From Fistulifera solaris (taxonomy: Eukaryota), in the NCBI GenBank assembly GCA_030295235.1, contig AP026169.1, positions 868,001 to 916,092 of the forward strand: 48,092 nucleotides of DNA, read 5' to 3'. Positions 12,798 to 24,877 of the stretch are shown piece by piece. Both the position numbers and the translations under genes were made by a program. Numbering within the stretch: position 1 is the first letter of the stretch; each line of letters starts with the position of its first letter. The notes below the pieces were generated by a model. That model was not told where the DNA came from. It saw only the letters and a program-made list of their open reading frames with translations, and did not search any database.

Positions 12798-12994
12798 TGA
12801 CTTGACTCACAAGGAATGTAATTGATGATAAAGATATATTATAAGCATGTTAACAGCTAAAGTAAAGATGAGGCAGGACGCAGTTCTCAATAGATGAGAA
12901 CCAAGCGTAAATGGAATCGATAATAGATTGCCATGATCCATAATCTTCTAAGAACAGAACGTAAAGAACAAGAGAGGACATGTAGTGTACTGCA
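12798..12994 (-). repeat. 5' LTR of the gypsy element
   Basis: Direct repeat of 8033-8229; lies upstream of the gag ATG on the minus strand. Confidence 0.95.
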
Positions 12995-13675
12995 GAGCTA
13001 TCATCATTATCATTCACTATTTACCATCACCACTTACAAAATACTAATCACTAATCACCAATCATCCGGACTTTGCTACATTAGTAGACATTGTGGAACC
13101 ACACCAGGTACCCAACAAGCCTACAATAAGTAATACGTAAAGAATAGAACAAGAAGTAGTGAAAACAGGAAGCCAGTTTCGTGTCTGATTTCTTTTATTC
13201 GACTAAAGTTTAGGTGTCAGATGGTGTAAATTTTCAAATAAAATGCAGTTAAAATGTCGGAATCTAAACTGTGTAACGTATTATGTCCTCTGATGTGGGC
13301 ACTTTTCATGGTTCTCATTTTGCAATTTGTCGGAGGTTTTTTACCAGGTACCGCACCCGGTACCCTGTATGTATTCTTTAATCAAAAATGTGATCCCATA
13401 TCCCATGAAGTACGTAGTACTATGTACTGATGTTAGAGACGAACCGCGATCTTGACCACTGACCACTGACCACCGTGTCGCCGCTCGAAGTTCGCCGCAG
13501 AACAAGACGCCTGTTTTCGAAACGTGCCTCCGGACGGTGAAGTGGGGCTGATAACGCCGATCAGGGGGGAATCCGTCCTTTCTCTTCAATTCGTTGATAA
13601 AACGCGAAGAAAAACAAATCCAAAGCTCTTATAAGAATTCTGTTACATTCCACTTCTTTTGAAACTATTGCTAGG

Positions 13676-14512
13676 ATGTACGCAAGATCAAACAGCGATC
13701 ACGAGGAAGTCGGACCTTCCAAAAAGAGGAAAGTGGGCCATCACAACGAATCGCCGACTTGGTTATTCAGCAACGTCCATGACTCCAAAACTAACGATGT
13801 CGACGAATCAGCCGGTGATTCTTTTGCTGCCGTACTGCAAGACAGGAATGAAACGGGTGCACATAAACGACCGGGAAAGTCGAGCAGTGCATCTCGTCGC
13901 ATCGAAATATCCAATCCAGACCTTGCCCTACGCCACAAGCTCACCAGCGAAGAGGGCCAATTAGAAGAAAACCCCAATTACACTCCAGATCAGGCGAGAG
14001 AAGCGGCTAAACGTGAATATAATCGCCGAAATGCAGCCCGAGCTCGCATCCGTCTAAAGTGTACTTTGACCGAAATGCATGAGAAGTGCGCTTCGATGAA
14101 CGATGAGATTCAAATCCTGAAGGATGAGAATGCTGCCCTGAAAGCTGAATTGAATGAAATGAAGCAACAGGCTCGAAGAAATAGTCTCAATGCCGATAGA
14201 CTTCGCCTGAGTGATATCACTTTGCCAACAGACCGAGGATTGTGTCTTTCGCAAGGTGCATTAGTTCCACAGTGGCAGTCCAACGAGGCCAGACTACAGC
14301 AGTTGATTTCAATGGGTGGTGTGACACCCCTCGTTCCGTCCGTGCAGCCTGAATTGGCGCTTGGGCAACCGTTGATGAACTCGCTCATCTTGGCCCGGGC
14401 CCGGGCTGCTTTGAATCTAAATAGCTCATTGACCCTGCCCGAGCTCAAGAATCCGTCACTCTTTTACCCAAATAGTCACAAAAAATTGGATGATCGTCAA
14501 TATCTTTTTTGA
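13676..14512 (+). CDS. bZIP transcription factor, copy 2 (278 aa, intact)
   Basis: Nuclear-localisation-like PSKKRK, basic region AAKREYNRRNAARARIRLK, zipper LTEMHEKCASMNDEIQILKDENAALKAEL, C-terminal LILARARAAL. Confidence 0.88.
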   Translation: MYARSNSDHEEVGPSKKRKVGHHNESPTWLFSNVHDSKTNDVDESAGDSFAAVLQDRNETGAHKRPGKSSSASRRIEISNPDLALRHKLTSEEGQLEENPNYTPDQAREAAKREYNRRNAARARIRLKCTLTEMHEKCASMNDEIQILKDENAALKAELNEMKQQARRNSLNADRLRLSDITLPTDRGLCLSQGALVPQWQSNEARLQQLISMGGVTPLVPSVQPELALGQPLMNSLILARARAALNLNSSLTLPELKNPSLFYPNSHKKLDDRQYLF

Positions 14513-15295
14513 AGTGGCTGCTGGTACTTTTTACTGATATTTTGAAAGAACTCAGTAAGTCAGTCTCAGCATATCGCTTTTGCTGTTAGTTATGCATGTA
14601 GAGGAGCTGCTGAAATACGGGAATATCAAGTGAAACAATTTGACTTTGTGCTTTTGATTGTTGATTGTTGATGATCATCGAATTGTGGTCGATGGAGAAA
14701 CAAAAAGGTCGTGGTTGGCTTTTACGTCTCAACGGGCCACGTGAAGGGTGCAAAACTCCTCTCACGACTCATGACTACACAAGTCGTGGTAAATATAGGG
14801 TGACCACTTTTTTAGACTCAGTGTACCACGTTGAATCTTTACCATCTTCATTGAGTGGCGATGAAGGCAAACAATTGTACAACTAATGGTGCGTGTTTCT
14901 TGTCGATATGCAATTGCTTTGAAAATCGACCAACATGGTGAAATTCATGGAGTATACAGCGATTCACAAGGCCGTTCGACAAAATTATCGAGGCTGGTGT
15001 TTTATAATATGATGATGGTATTCTAAATTTAATATTAACAAAGTAGAATGAAGCTGACAGGTAACAGGTAGCAGTCTGGCTATAAAAGTTTGCATTCATG
15101 ACTGCAATCCTTAATTTAAGCATCAGCCTGGATGGCCAACTCCACAGTTTCATGCTACAGTACTTCTTGAACGAAACAAGTCATTACTCCGTAATTACAA
15201 CAGAAACGATTGTTATGCGTTTCGTCGGTTTTTCGGCATCATCGTCTTTTAACGCGTATAGGTACCTTTCTTCATCAAACTGAAATATAATCATA

Positions 15296-16047
15296 ATGAA
15301 AGAATTGAGTTACAATACAATCAGTCATGTTCTCGAATCATGGGAATCTCTTCGCCGGATAGCCAAGTGGGAGGAAGTAGCCGGAGTTTGTTTATTCCGA
15401 AAGTAAGTAGAGGAATACGCGAGATGATATATCATTATTTGCTGACCTGCTGGAAGAGAAGTTTTTGCGTGCGTGTTTTTCACTTGCGTGTACTGAGAAA
15501 TCAATCCCCTTTTCTAGACTTTTTCGTCGCTCTCCTCCTGCGAGAGTCCTTTTGGTTTCCCCATTGATATCGATCCGGATTCGGACGATCTTCGCTTCTC
15601 CAAACGTTTCGTGACGCAGGCGATGTACATGATTCAAATGCTCGATTCATCGATTAGTATGTTAGGTCCTGATATTGACATGCTTTCTGAAATTATGGTA
15701 AATATCACGCTTGCTAAAATATTCTTGCGCGAGCATTTGTTCCGATCTTACCTTGCTTTTTTTTCGAAGGCGGAATTGGGAGCTAAGCATTCCAGGTAAG
15801 TCATCCTCAAAATTTATTTATGAGTCGCTACGTCTCAAGAGCTATATGGTCTCTGACAAATACTCTGTCTCCTTCGTGTGGAGGCAGATATGGTGTGCAA
15901 CCGGAAATGTTTACCGTCATGGGCGAGTGCCTCATTGAAATGTTGGCCGAGGTATTGCCAAATGGCTTGTCAACCGAGGCAGAGGCGGCTTGGCAGACTA
16001 CTTACAAAGAGCTTTCTCAAGACATGATTCGAGCTTACGTCTCTTGA
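15296..16047 (+). CDS. Single-domain 3/3 globin; exons 15296-15402, 15518-15697, 15770-15795, 15888-16047
   Basis: A-helix VLESWE, B-helix AGVCLFRKLF, C/CD SPPARVLFGF, E-helix RFVTQAMYMIQML, proximal His in LGAKHSRYGV, G-helix FTVMGECLI, H-helix AAWQTTY. Three GT-AG introns. One T is missing near 15550-15553. Confidence 0.9.
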
Positions 16048-16538
16048 TTACCCGCTACTAAGAATGTAGCCTTGAACGATCTTCGGTGAATTAGGATTAC
16101 ATCAATTAACACGATAAGGTGATGTGATGAAAGTACACGCACGACAATATTGTTGAAATCAATCTAGTTCTACCATGCAACACTGCAATAACAAGCAACG
16201 CTGGTATGAGACGACTTCTCGTGTGTTGCTGTTGGCATTTTTTTATGTTCTAGCATTTGGTGCACCACGAAGCAAAGAAATTTTCCCTCATTGGATCCAA
16301 GTCCTGCTTGCCTATGCATTATCCATTTTTGAATGTCAAATAGCGGCTATCAAATGTATGTGAATTCCTAAAGAATGAATAAGCGCCGGCTCGACAAGTT
16401 TTGGTGCACCGTTGTGTCCCCTATTTTCAGGCGAAGTTGTCGCTCTCGGTACAAGTTCACAATTCCTTGGCAACCCTCATCAAAAGTAGCAAAGAAGCAG
16501 TAACATCTTCTACCCTTTCCTCTGAAGTCTATTGCGCC

Positions 16539-17315
16539 ATGACAAACTTTCCAGCAAAGTTGCACTATTTGCTCGGTGAAATGGAAAAGATGGACAGAAC
16601 GACATCATGTCCTGGCAATCGGATGGGCTATCCTTCGTGGTTCATGATAAAGCCCGTCTCGAAGAACACATCCTTCCACAGTGGTACCGACAATCTCATT
16701 ACAGTTCGTTTCAGAGGTGCGTACGCTGAAAGAAAACCCATCGATGATATTTCGTGCCTCATGATTTGTAATGCTCTCCTCTAGGCAACTCAACATTTAC
16801 GGCTTTCAGCGTATTTCGAAGGGTGCGTTTTTCACGTCAGCGACATTATCTTCACCTCTCATTATATGACTCAATCGTTTTGCCGTTTTTCCACAGGAGT
16901 GCATAAAGGAGGTTACAAGCATGAGTTCTTTCAACGTGACAAACCAGAGTTGTGTGCGAATATTCCCCGCTGTCGAAAGAAAGGAAGAGTTGACATTATG
17001 AAACAGAGCAACATCACTCGTAATTGTGTTGGGACTAAAGCGGAAGCATCCATTCCCCGACAACAGAAATTTTCGTCGCGGTCCTGTAACGAAAACGTCG
17101 GGAGCGGTAGTAGTACCGATCGTAAATCGAGCTCTATATTGTTGAATGATTACATCGGTGCCCTTTACGGTTTAGCTAATTGTCAGCAAGCCGTCTCGCG
17201 TAATGGCCTGATGGAAAACAAAACAGAAGGCCATCCAGATTTTATGCAAGCAAAAGAGGAGTTGTATGCAACAAGTTCGAGTCTTTTGGATCGATTTTCC
17301 GATAGCAGCGAATGA
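16539..17315 (+). CDS. HSF-type (heat shock factor) DNA-binding transcription factor, copy 1
   Basis: FPAKLHYLL...IMSWQSDGLSFVVHD...ILPQWYRQSHYSSFQR|QLNIYGFQRISK|GVHKGGYKHEFFQRDKPEL. Introns 16717-16784 and 16823-16896. One indel in the A-run near 16585. Confidence 0.92.
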
Positions 17316-18408
17316 ACGACAGTCTTTGTCGATTCATAATTTTCTGCATCATAGGCGCACTCATAACTCTTTAAAGCGAGCAGATTGCACTAATTCGTAT
17401 GATTGAATAGGCTGATGCGTAGACAGGAATACATCAGATTCTTTCTCCCGACAGTAGAACGGTGTTTTGAAACAATCGACTTTGGACGCTGAATTTTTTA
17501 AACGTATTTGATGGACATCACCTCGTTTGGTCCTCGGAAATTTTTCAAATCCAGTCATTACTTTGCCCTCAGTAAAATGTCGATAGCTCCTTGCGCGTCA
17601 ATCGGTTTTTCGTTTCGATCGAGAATGACTGGTAAGACGATAATTCGATTCTTTAGCTATAAAGACTGGAAGGATTGATTAACGCAACTGGTTGCAATCA
17701 AGGAATAAGAGGCAAGGAGATTAAGATCACTATAACAGCAAAAGTTCAGAGCAGAATGAATCATCATTGTCGCGACACAAAGGAGTAATTCATGGTGCAC
17801 TAGACTTTCACTTCGACAGTCGCGCGAGGTTTTTACTTGTCGTTTACGATATCACGACATGCATGCTAAGTTCATTGATTGATTATATCTTTCGAATGTT
17901 GATATTGATAGCGAACGCGGAGGAATGCGTGTTCATGCAAAAAAAATGAAAATGGCCGAGGTAACGAACCTATTCATCTAAACCATGGTTGGAGTTATCA
18001 TCGGAGGTGCGCGCAGCAAAGTTGAAGTTTGAAAGTCGCTCGGTATTCGAGTTCTACTGAAGGAGTGTAGAAGATGCGACAAAGCGAACGCGAATCGGCC
18101 ATTCAATTCGCGATTCGCATTTTCGTTGAAGACCAAGAGTAACCAATTGCATTGATTCAGTTGCTGATCAATGATTTCCTGCAATGCCTTCCTCTTCGCA
18201 AGGATTGATCTACTTAGTTATAATCTCTCACCAGAAAGCAGAGTGCGCTTCGCATTCGAACCCTGTTCTTCCATTCCTCATTTTTTCTTTCTGTTCTTGT
18301 GCGTGCAAAATTATTGTCCTTGTTACACGCCCTGTTGAGTCGTTAACTTCTTCTTTACAATTTGCCGACGATCAAGTGTAAACTGCATTTTGACGTATAA
18401 CGAAGAAC

Positions 18409-18771
18409 ATGAGCAAACGGACGCTGCAATCCATTCAAGAACATGGACAGGGTAGTCCGTTGCTGCCGTTTCCTCTCTTGCAGTTCAGCAGAGAGGAAGC
18501 TCCTCAAGAGTCGCGTCTACAACAAAGATCAAGTCGGTTGAGACTAAGCGATCGACAAAAGACATTTGTCTTTGTTAAGTTGCTTTTACAATATTTGGAT
18601 CGTACAAACAACCATCTCATGCAGGTACAAGCAAAAGCCATCATTGCCGAATGTATTCAACGCAATCGCATGGGAGACCCGCTCTATACCGACCTTCAAA
18701 AAGCTCTCCAAGTGCATTTATCAGCGGTTCTAGGGTCAACAACGTACACAGGTATTCGGCTATGCTGTTAG
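18409..18771 (+). CDS. Hypothetical protein, diatom-type helical domain
   Basis: ATG ORF of 120 aa containing FVFVKLLLQYL...AKAIIAECIQRNRMGDPLY..L, a pattern recalled from diatom uncharacterised proteins. The 3' end may be frameshifted. Confidence 0.6.
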   Translation: MSKRTLQSIQEHGQGSPLLPFPLLQFSREEAPQESRLQQRSSRLRLSDRQKTFVFVKLLLQYLDRTNNHLMQVQAKAIIAECIQRNRMGDPLYTDLQKALQVHLSAVLGSTTYTGIRLCC

Positions 18772-19654
18772 CGGCGATCTCGCAACTGCTCGATATGATC
18801 CAAAATGCCCTTATTTTTCTAGCTAATATTTGCCTGTAAAAACTTGTTGTCTCTCGGCTCTCGTCTTTTATTATCCTGCATAAAATGATTTGTTTCGGTC
18901 GCCTGTTCATACCTGGTAATGGACGTTTTAGAGGCGTAGTGGAAAGTCGATGAGTTTTTTCATTTTGGTGTACCCATCATAGTACACTTAATTGTGTTTT
19001 ACGCAGAAAGTGGCAGAAGAGAGAGAGAAGGAATGCTGCGATAGACCGCATGGAAAGGAGCTACCTTCTGTAAATTGCAGATATCCACTTTGCTCTTGGT
19101 GAAACATTTTTTAAACTAAAAATGATCGTATTAACCGGACTCCAGTCACAAGCACGTCAACATCTGAAATTAGAGCTTGAAGTCAGCGAGTTTGTTTCAT
19201 CCGAGGAAAAGCCAAAGATGAAGCGCAAACACTCTTGAAAATACTTTGTAGTACCAGGTAATACTCCGTAGTAGTAAAAGTCATTTCAAATGTGCTCTCT
19301 CGAGATTAGTCGTTGAGAGTGGAGAAGGTACTATAGTACCTAGTACCCTACCCTCTACTCCCTATTGGGTTTTGGCATTGTTGAGCGGAGCATTTTTTCT
19401 CCGGGCCTTGACAGCAAACGGCAAACTATTTTTCCGGAGTAATTAATAAAATGGAATATCATTCATAGATCTAACAAGAGATTTCACACTCGAGCTCATC
19501 AAGCCTATCCGCGAAGCAATCATGTGCCTGAAGAAATCAAAAGAAAGCCAAAGCGTTTGAAAGACCCACGAACACTGCACTTCCCCGTAAGAAATCATTA
19601 TCGGAAAGCGCCATGATCACAACTCAGATCACAGGCTCGTAAGCTGTTTTCACA

Positions 19655-21450
19655 ATGGAAACAACCGATATTATGTCGCCTCTGAGTGTCGTTAGTTCTG
19701 TATCAAATGTATCAAATGCTTCGAATCGCTCGAAAAGCACAACCAAATCGAACTTTCAGAACCTATCGATAGCCAAAAGCTCGGCGACTTGTGTTGGCGC
19801 TTCACAGTCAAAGTACTCGTCAAAAAGGAGACAATTCAAAAGGAACACTCGTAACGTCGTTCTTTAATTCGTCGAGAATCCTTATCAGCGAAAGATTTGC
19901 TCGCTCTGATTGTGGAAGAACCAGGATTTACTGTGCGATTGTCGAAATCAATGACAGACCTCAAATCGTCCGTTAACGACCCACGAGAGCCCCAAAGAAA
20001 GCAGATCGGTTCCCCATCGTGAATTTATGCCAGTAGAGGTTTTAGCCCTGCAGACAATGGATTTGGAGGACGAAGAGAGGGCCGTTCTAAGAAGTCGGTT
20101 ATCACGGTCGATGACTGCTTTGCGATTATCCCCGAAAGTAAAGGCATTCGATAATATAACTATGGCTAGCAAAAGCCGAAGAAAACTGGCTCTCACAAAG
20201 GCGGACTTTTCTCAGTACATGATGCCTGCTTTACCTGTTCGAGAAGATAGTTTAAATTTATCCGACAACCAGAATGCGCAATTTTCAAGCTGAATGCGCG
20301 AAGCCGCAAGGGTGACAACCATGATTCGCGTCAAGCATTCACATCACCAACGTCAGAGGGACTGGTGAGCGGCCACTTTTCAAAGTCAATGAGCGACCTA
20401 TCTACATCACAGCAGTCCTTTTATGTCCGACTGTCTCGCTCTCATTCGTCGGAAAGGATGCCTGCGATGCCAATCCGTCGCGGCAGCTTTGAGACCGGTG
20501 GTACTAGTATATCAAATTTCGCGCAAGGTGACATATCAAGGGTCCTCTCTTCGTTACATAATTCTCCACAGCAATCAACGCCGACAATCAGTTTGAAAAC
20601 ACATTCACAATTGAGCATTCATGGGGCTGGTCCGAAGCGTCAACTTTAACACGCAGTTCACCTTCAATTTTACTAACGGACTTATATGGGCCACGGTGTG
20701 AACATCCTGGTCTTCGTCGGTCTTATTCGTCGGAACGAATGCTGTCGAAGCCAACGCGTCGTAACAGCTTAGCGACCGCCCTTAACGAAAACTCACCTCC
20801 AAAGCCAGTGACTCCCACAGCAGCACACACGCAGAACAGCTTATCAAAGGACATCGAAAACTTGTTTTGAAAAGCGCTTTATCGGTAAGATCTCCTTGGT
20901 ATTTGAAGCAAGCGTTAATGCGCTTAATTGTCATTCCGATGAAGCACGAGATGTATTCAAAGACACGTCTTCTATCCTATCTAAGATGACCAGAGGAAAT
21001 TCTAAGAGTAAACGCTCTAATTCATCCGGAGTAGCTCGTGTGTCGAAATCTATGTCGGAACTTCATTCAATGCTTCTTTCTCCCAATGGAGGGGTCGTCT
21101 CGGAGCTATCTCGCTATCATACATCCGCCAGGATGCCTACGATGCCAAAGCGTCGTGGCAGTACCGATGACGGAATCGAGTTTGCTAGGCATACCTCCAA
21201 CCTGCATAAGTTTCGTGGTTTACCCGCAACGAACCGCATGAACACGCTGGTTTTGTACAATCACAGCATTCAGTTGTTTCCGTGGACCAAGCTTGAGAAA
21301 GAGAATCTGGACTAGCTATCACTACACCAGCTGCAAAGTCCAACATATTCTTCGACACAGCTCCATCCAGAAAATCTACGGTTGGGGAGTCACTTAACTG
21401 TTATGGTACCTGGAGAGGCAAGAAGTCAGGTCGGCAAGGCAATTTCAGCT
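19655..21450 (+). CDS. Ser/Arg-rich disordered repeat protein (frameshifted; end approximate)
   Basis: Consecutive + strand ORFs share the repeated motifs S(K/R)SM(S/T)xL and MPxxPxRRxS. Confidence 0.55.
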
Positions 21451-22053
21451 CGTCGACTGTAACTGAGCTTACATAGCGTGTCGAAGAATTTTGATCCCCG
21501 CATAATAATCAAAGAGACAGGGAGCAATCTTTGTGAAACATAATGCCGAAGAGTTGAAGCTGCTCTGTGTTCGTGCTTTTCAAAGTGCAGACATAACGAT
21601 AGATGAGATAGGAGGCTATCTTAGGCAGCGAGGCTAGCAAAATACTCCGTAGTTTACTAAGATGGTTTTGCACCTATCTTAGTCGCGCTTTTGTTTTGCA
21701 CACCTACTATTGGTCTAGGCTATGATCCAGGCAAAGAGAACTGAAAAAGACGACAAGTGAAGCTCGCCGCACGAACAAACCACTTATTAATGTTGCGCTG
21801 AGCTCTTCAGCCCTACAAAGAGTTGGTTTGCTACTGGGAAGGAAGGATTGTACTTTAAGTCGATCGTCGAAAGTAGAAAGTCATAGACAAATATCATTTA
21901 GCATTAAACATGATTATACCTTATACGTCTGTCCTCTGTCATGTAGATAGTGCTGTCATACAATATACTTTCTAGAGAGAGGAGGAGTACATTATTATTT
22001 ATTCTTTCTTCTTTCCTTCGTCGAAGGTGAAGTCTTAAGGTGTAGAATCCAAG

Positions 22054-23943
22054 ATGCAAAAGCTCCCCATGATACTCTTTCGCCCTTCGAACGACAATAA
22101 GATTTCTACCCCTCGAATTCTCAAGAAACGACGAAAGGAAGAGAATAAACGCTTTGACAAGTTAGCCGAATCGCATAGCCTTCTGCAAGGTGAGGGAATT
22201 GAAACTGACTTTTGTTGTAAATCGTGGCAATGAGAAGAGAAGCATCCGACAACTTAACTTTCCGTCAGGATTTTGGAACGCCGATGTCATCGCTACTCGC
22301 TTCACCCGCTCGAGAATCTGTTTATGCGGAAATCCTAGTGAACTATTCGCATCCGCTCCTCGTTTCGCCGTTGGGTGAAGAAATATCTCCACTGAAGCGT
22401 TTACCAGTCCCTATGATCCCGGCGATCGAAGCATGCAACATTCGTCAAGCAAACCTTCCCATAATGAAAGACCCAAAATAAGAGAGGCAGCCTTCGCAGC
22501 GTCGTCAAGGAAACGAGAAGGCCTTGCTCGAGCAAAGTCAATGGTTATTAGGAGTAGCACCACTAAATCAGCTTCTTCAAGAGAGCTTCAGTCGCATATG
22601 AAAAACATTTCGTCGGTCACGAAGCACTCTTCGAATCCTGATCTCCAACTGTAAGGATATGCAGCGCGCCCGCAACGCACTATGATGAGTAATGCACGGT
22701 GGAACAATGTCAAATCTGAGAGACTCAGCAAATCCCTTGACTTGGAAAATGTGTTGATAACCGACTGTTTGGTCGACATGGACAAGATAAGCCGTGACAA
22801 TCCTGGGGCAAACTCGTCACTAGACCTGCAAGAGGTATTTGGCAAGTCGTCAGACAAGATAAATACTGAAAGAAGGAATATGGGTGCAGATTCACGACGC
22901 AGTCTTGGTGACTCTGCAAGTAAATTAGACGAGCGGTCAGGATTGGCTCCTCGGCGTCCGGTACGGTTGCTGAGCCCCATCAAAAGAATAGGCATTATTC
23001 AACACCGGAACTTGGATGTAGGCTGGGTGATCTCGAAAGGAAGCAACGTCGAGCATCGATGAGCGATGAGTGGGATGACTCGGAGAACACGGAATGTTCC
23101 CTAGAACTAAGCAATGTCTTCCCTGACTTTCAACGAGAGCAGAATCACATTCCTGTAAGACACGATAAAAGTCGAGGCATTGCACGGACAAATTCATCCA
23201 TCGACTTGCTGAATGTTTTTGGGGGATCTCTCCACGGAATGGAGCCTTCGCTATCGAAACGACCAGCATCCACGTCAACGAGTATCTTTCGAACAACACC
23301 CCGGTCTCAAAGCGACAAGAACATCAACAAGTACAGCTCGAGCCCAAATCTAGGCCACAAGCGCTACGTATCTCCCACAAGTGTGATGGACGTGAACAAT
23401 TCTTTGGATGATTATTCCACAGGTAACGCAAATAGGAGTAATCAATCGGAGTCAGGAAACAGTGTATGTTCGGGACGACCGGAAAACGTGTTCAGTCAGG
23501 GCGTGTCGACAAAGACGAACCATGATCGTAGAAATCAATTGCCATCACCGCCAACAAAAATCATTCCCGGTCGAACATCCCATGAACCTCTGAAGTCGAT
23601 GCAACCATTACAACTACGACGCCCAACGTTGGGGCTACAAAAATACAGCTCAACTCCAGAGCTTCATCGAAGAGTTCAAGATTCACGATCGGGAACATTT
23701 GAAAACGGCTTCTCAAGGCACAAGATGGAAAATACCCATTGGGAGCCTAATAAAGCAAACGGTCATGGAAATGCTTTTATGTCAGCAAGCACTCCTCTCA
23801 ACTCGGTCAGGCCTTTTAGTCGCGGCGTCACACGGACTACCTCATCACTTGACTTGAGCTTAGTCTTTGGCTCGTCTCTTGGGCATATCAAGGGACGTCA
23901 GTTTAATAGGTTTTCGAAATCTGAGATTCAATCCCAAATTTGA
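22054..23943 (+). CDS. Ser-rich disordered repeat protein (frameshifted)
   Basis: ATG 22054; ORFs 22433, 22682 and 23059 share K(Y/H)SSxPxL x3 and SS(L/I)DLxxVFG x3. Confidence 0.6.
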
Positions 23944-24877
23944 GCTTACCAGTCATCCTTAAAAGAAAACTGATGCAACTAAAGCTAAACTACTTCATCA
24001 TTGTCTGTCATGTAACTTTATCGGCACGAGACGTTGTATGCAGCTCAAATTGAGTGCAGTCCACAATTTTCGGGATTGAGACTTAGTTGATAGGAATCGA
24101 TTCTTTTGCGCGACATGGACTTGTACGGAGTAATTGATCATCGTCGTCTTTCTTTGAGACGAGAACGATGGATAACCAAGTCGAAATGGTCTCACGCTTT
24201 GTTTCATCTTTATATATTATCTGAACCGACTTACCTTGCTATTACGTACGCAGGAACTATTATCAGTGACCGGGACTGATAAGAAGTTCAGTCCGTCATA
24301 TATTATGCACTTGCGTATGATACTTGATGTATCGTTTCGCAAGTGCCAAGTGCCAAGTGCCTTAAACGCCAGTAGCCGAACACTCAACTACTGGTACTTT
24401 AGCAGTGCATCCGCGATTCAATGACCGTGGTAGGAATAAGCCCTTAATTGTTTTTAGATTCTTGCCGTTTCCGGCCTTATACATTTACCTTGACTCGCGA
24501 CTCCAATTTCTCGATATAGTATGGACTCTAAACGAAGCATCCAGCAGACTTCCTATGACCTGTGTCACGGTAGTGGATACGACTTTAACAAAATATGTAG
24601 ACAGGACTAAGAATTAGACTAGGCTTTAGTATAAATATTATTTTTACTTAGGATTAATGTTGAAGGGCAGCTTTAATTCTCGAGTTTTTTATCCCTTAAT
24701 ATTGTATGTTTGGACTTAGAAGAAGAGTTTTTCGCTTTTCTGTGCAGGCAAAAATCACTCCTCCCAACCTCCATGTCTCTCAACGTCGAAGAACTACGAA
24801 TAAAGGCAATCAAACACCTAGCACCATAATTTTTTTTGTATGCAGTCAGGATATCAAGATAGATCTTGCTTTATCAA

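Larger units (their letters stand above)
8033..12994 (-). mobile_element. Full-length Ty3/gypsy LTR retrotransposon (4962 bp)
   Basis: 197-bp LTRs at 8033-8229 and 12798-12994 with TG...CA ends. 5-bp TSD GAGCT (8028-8032, 12995-12999). Polypurine tract GGGAGGCAGAA on the minus strand (8240-8230). Domain order gag-PR-RT-RH-IN. Confidence 0.96.
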
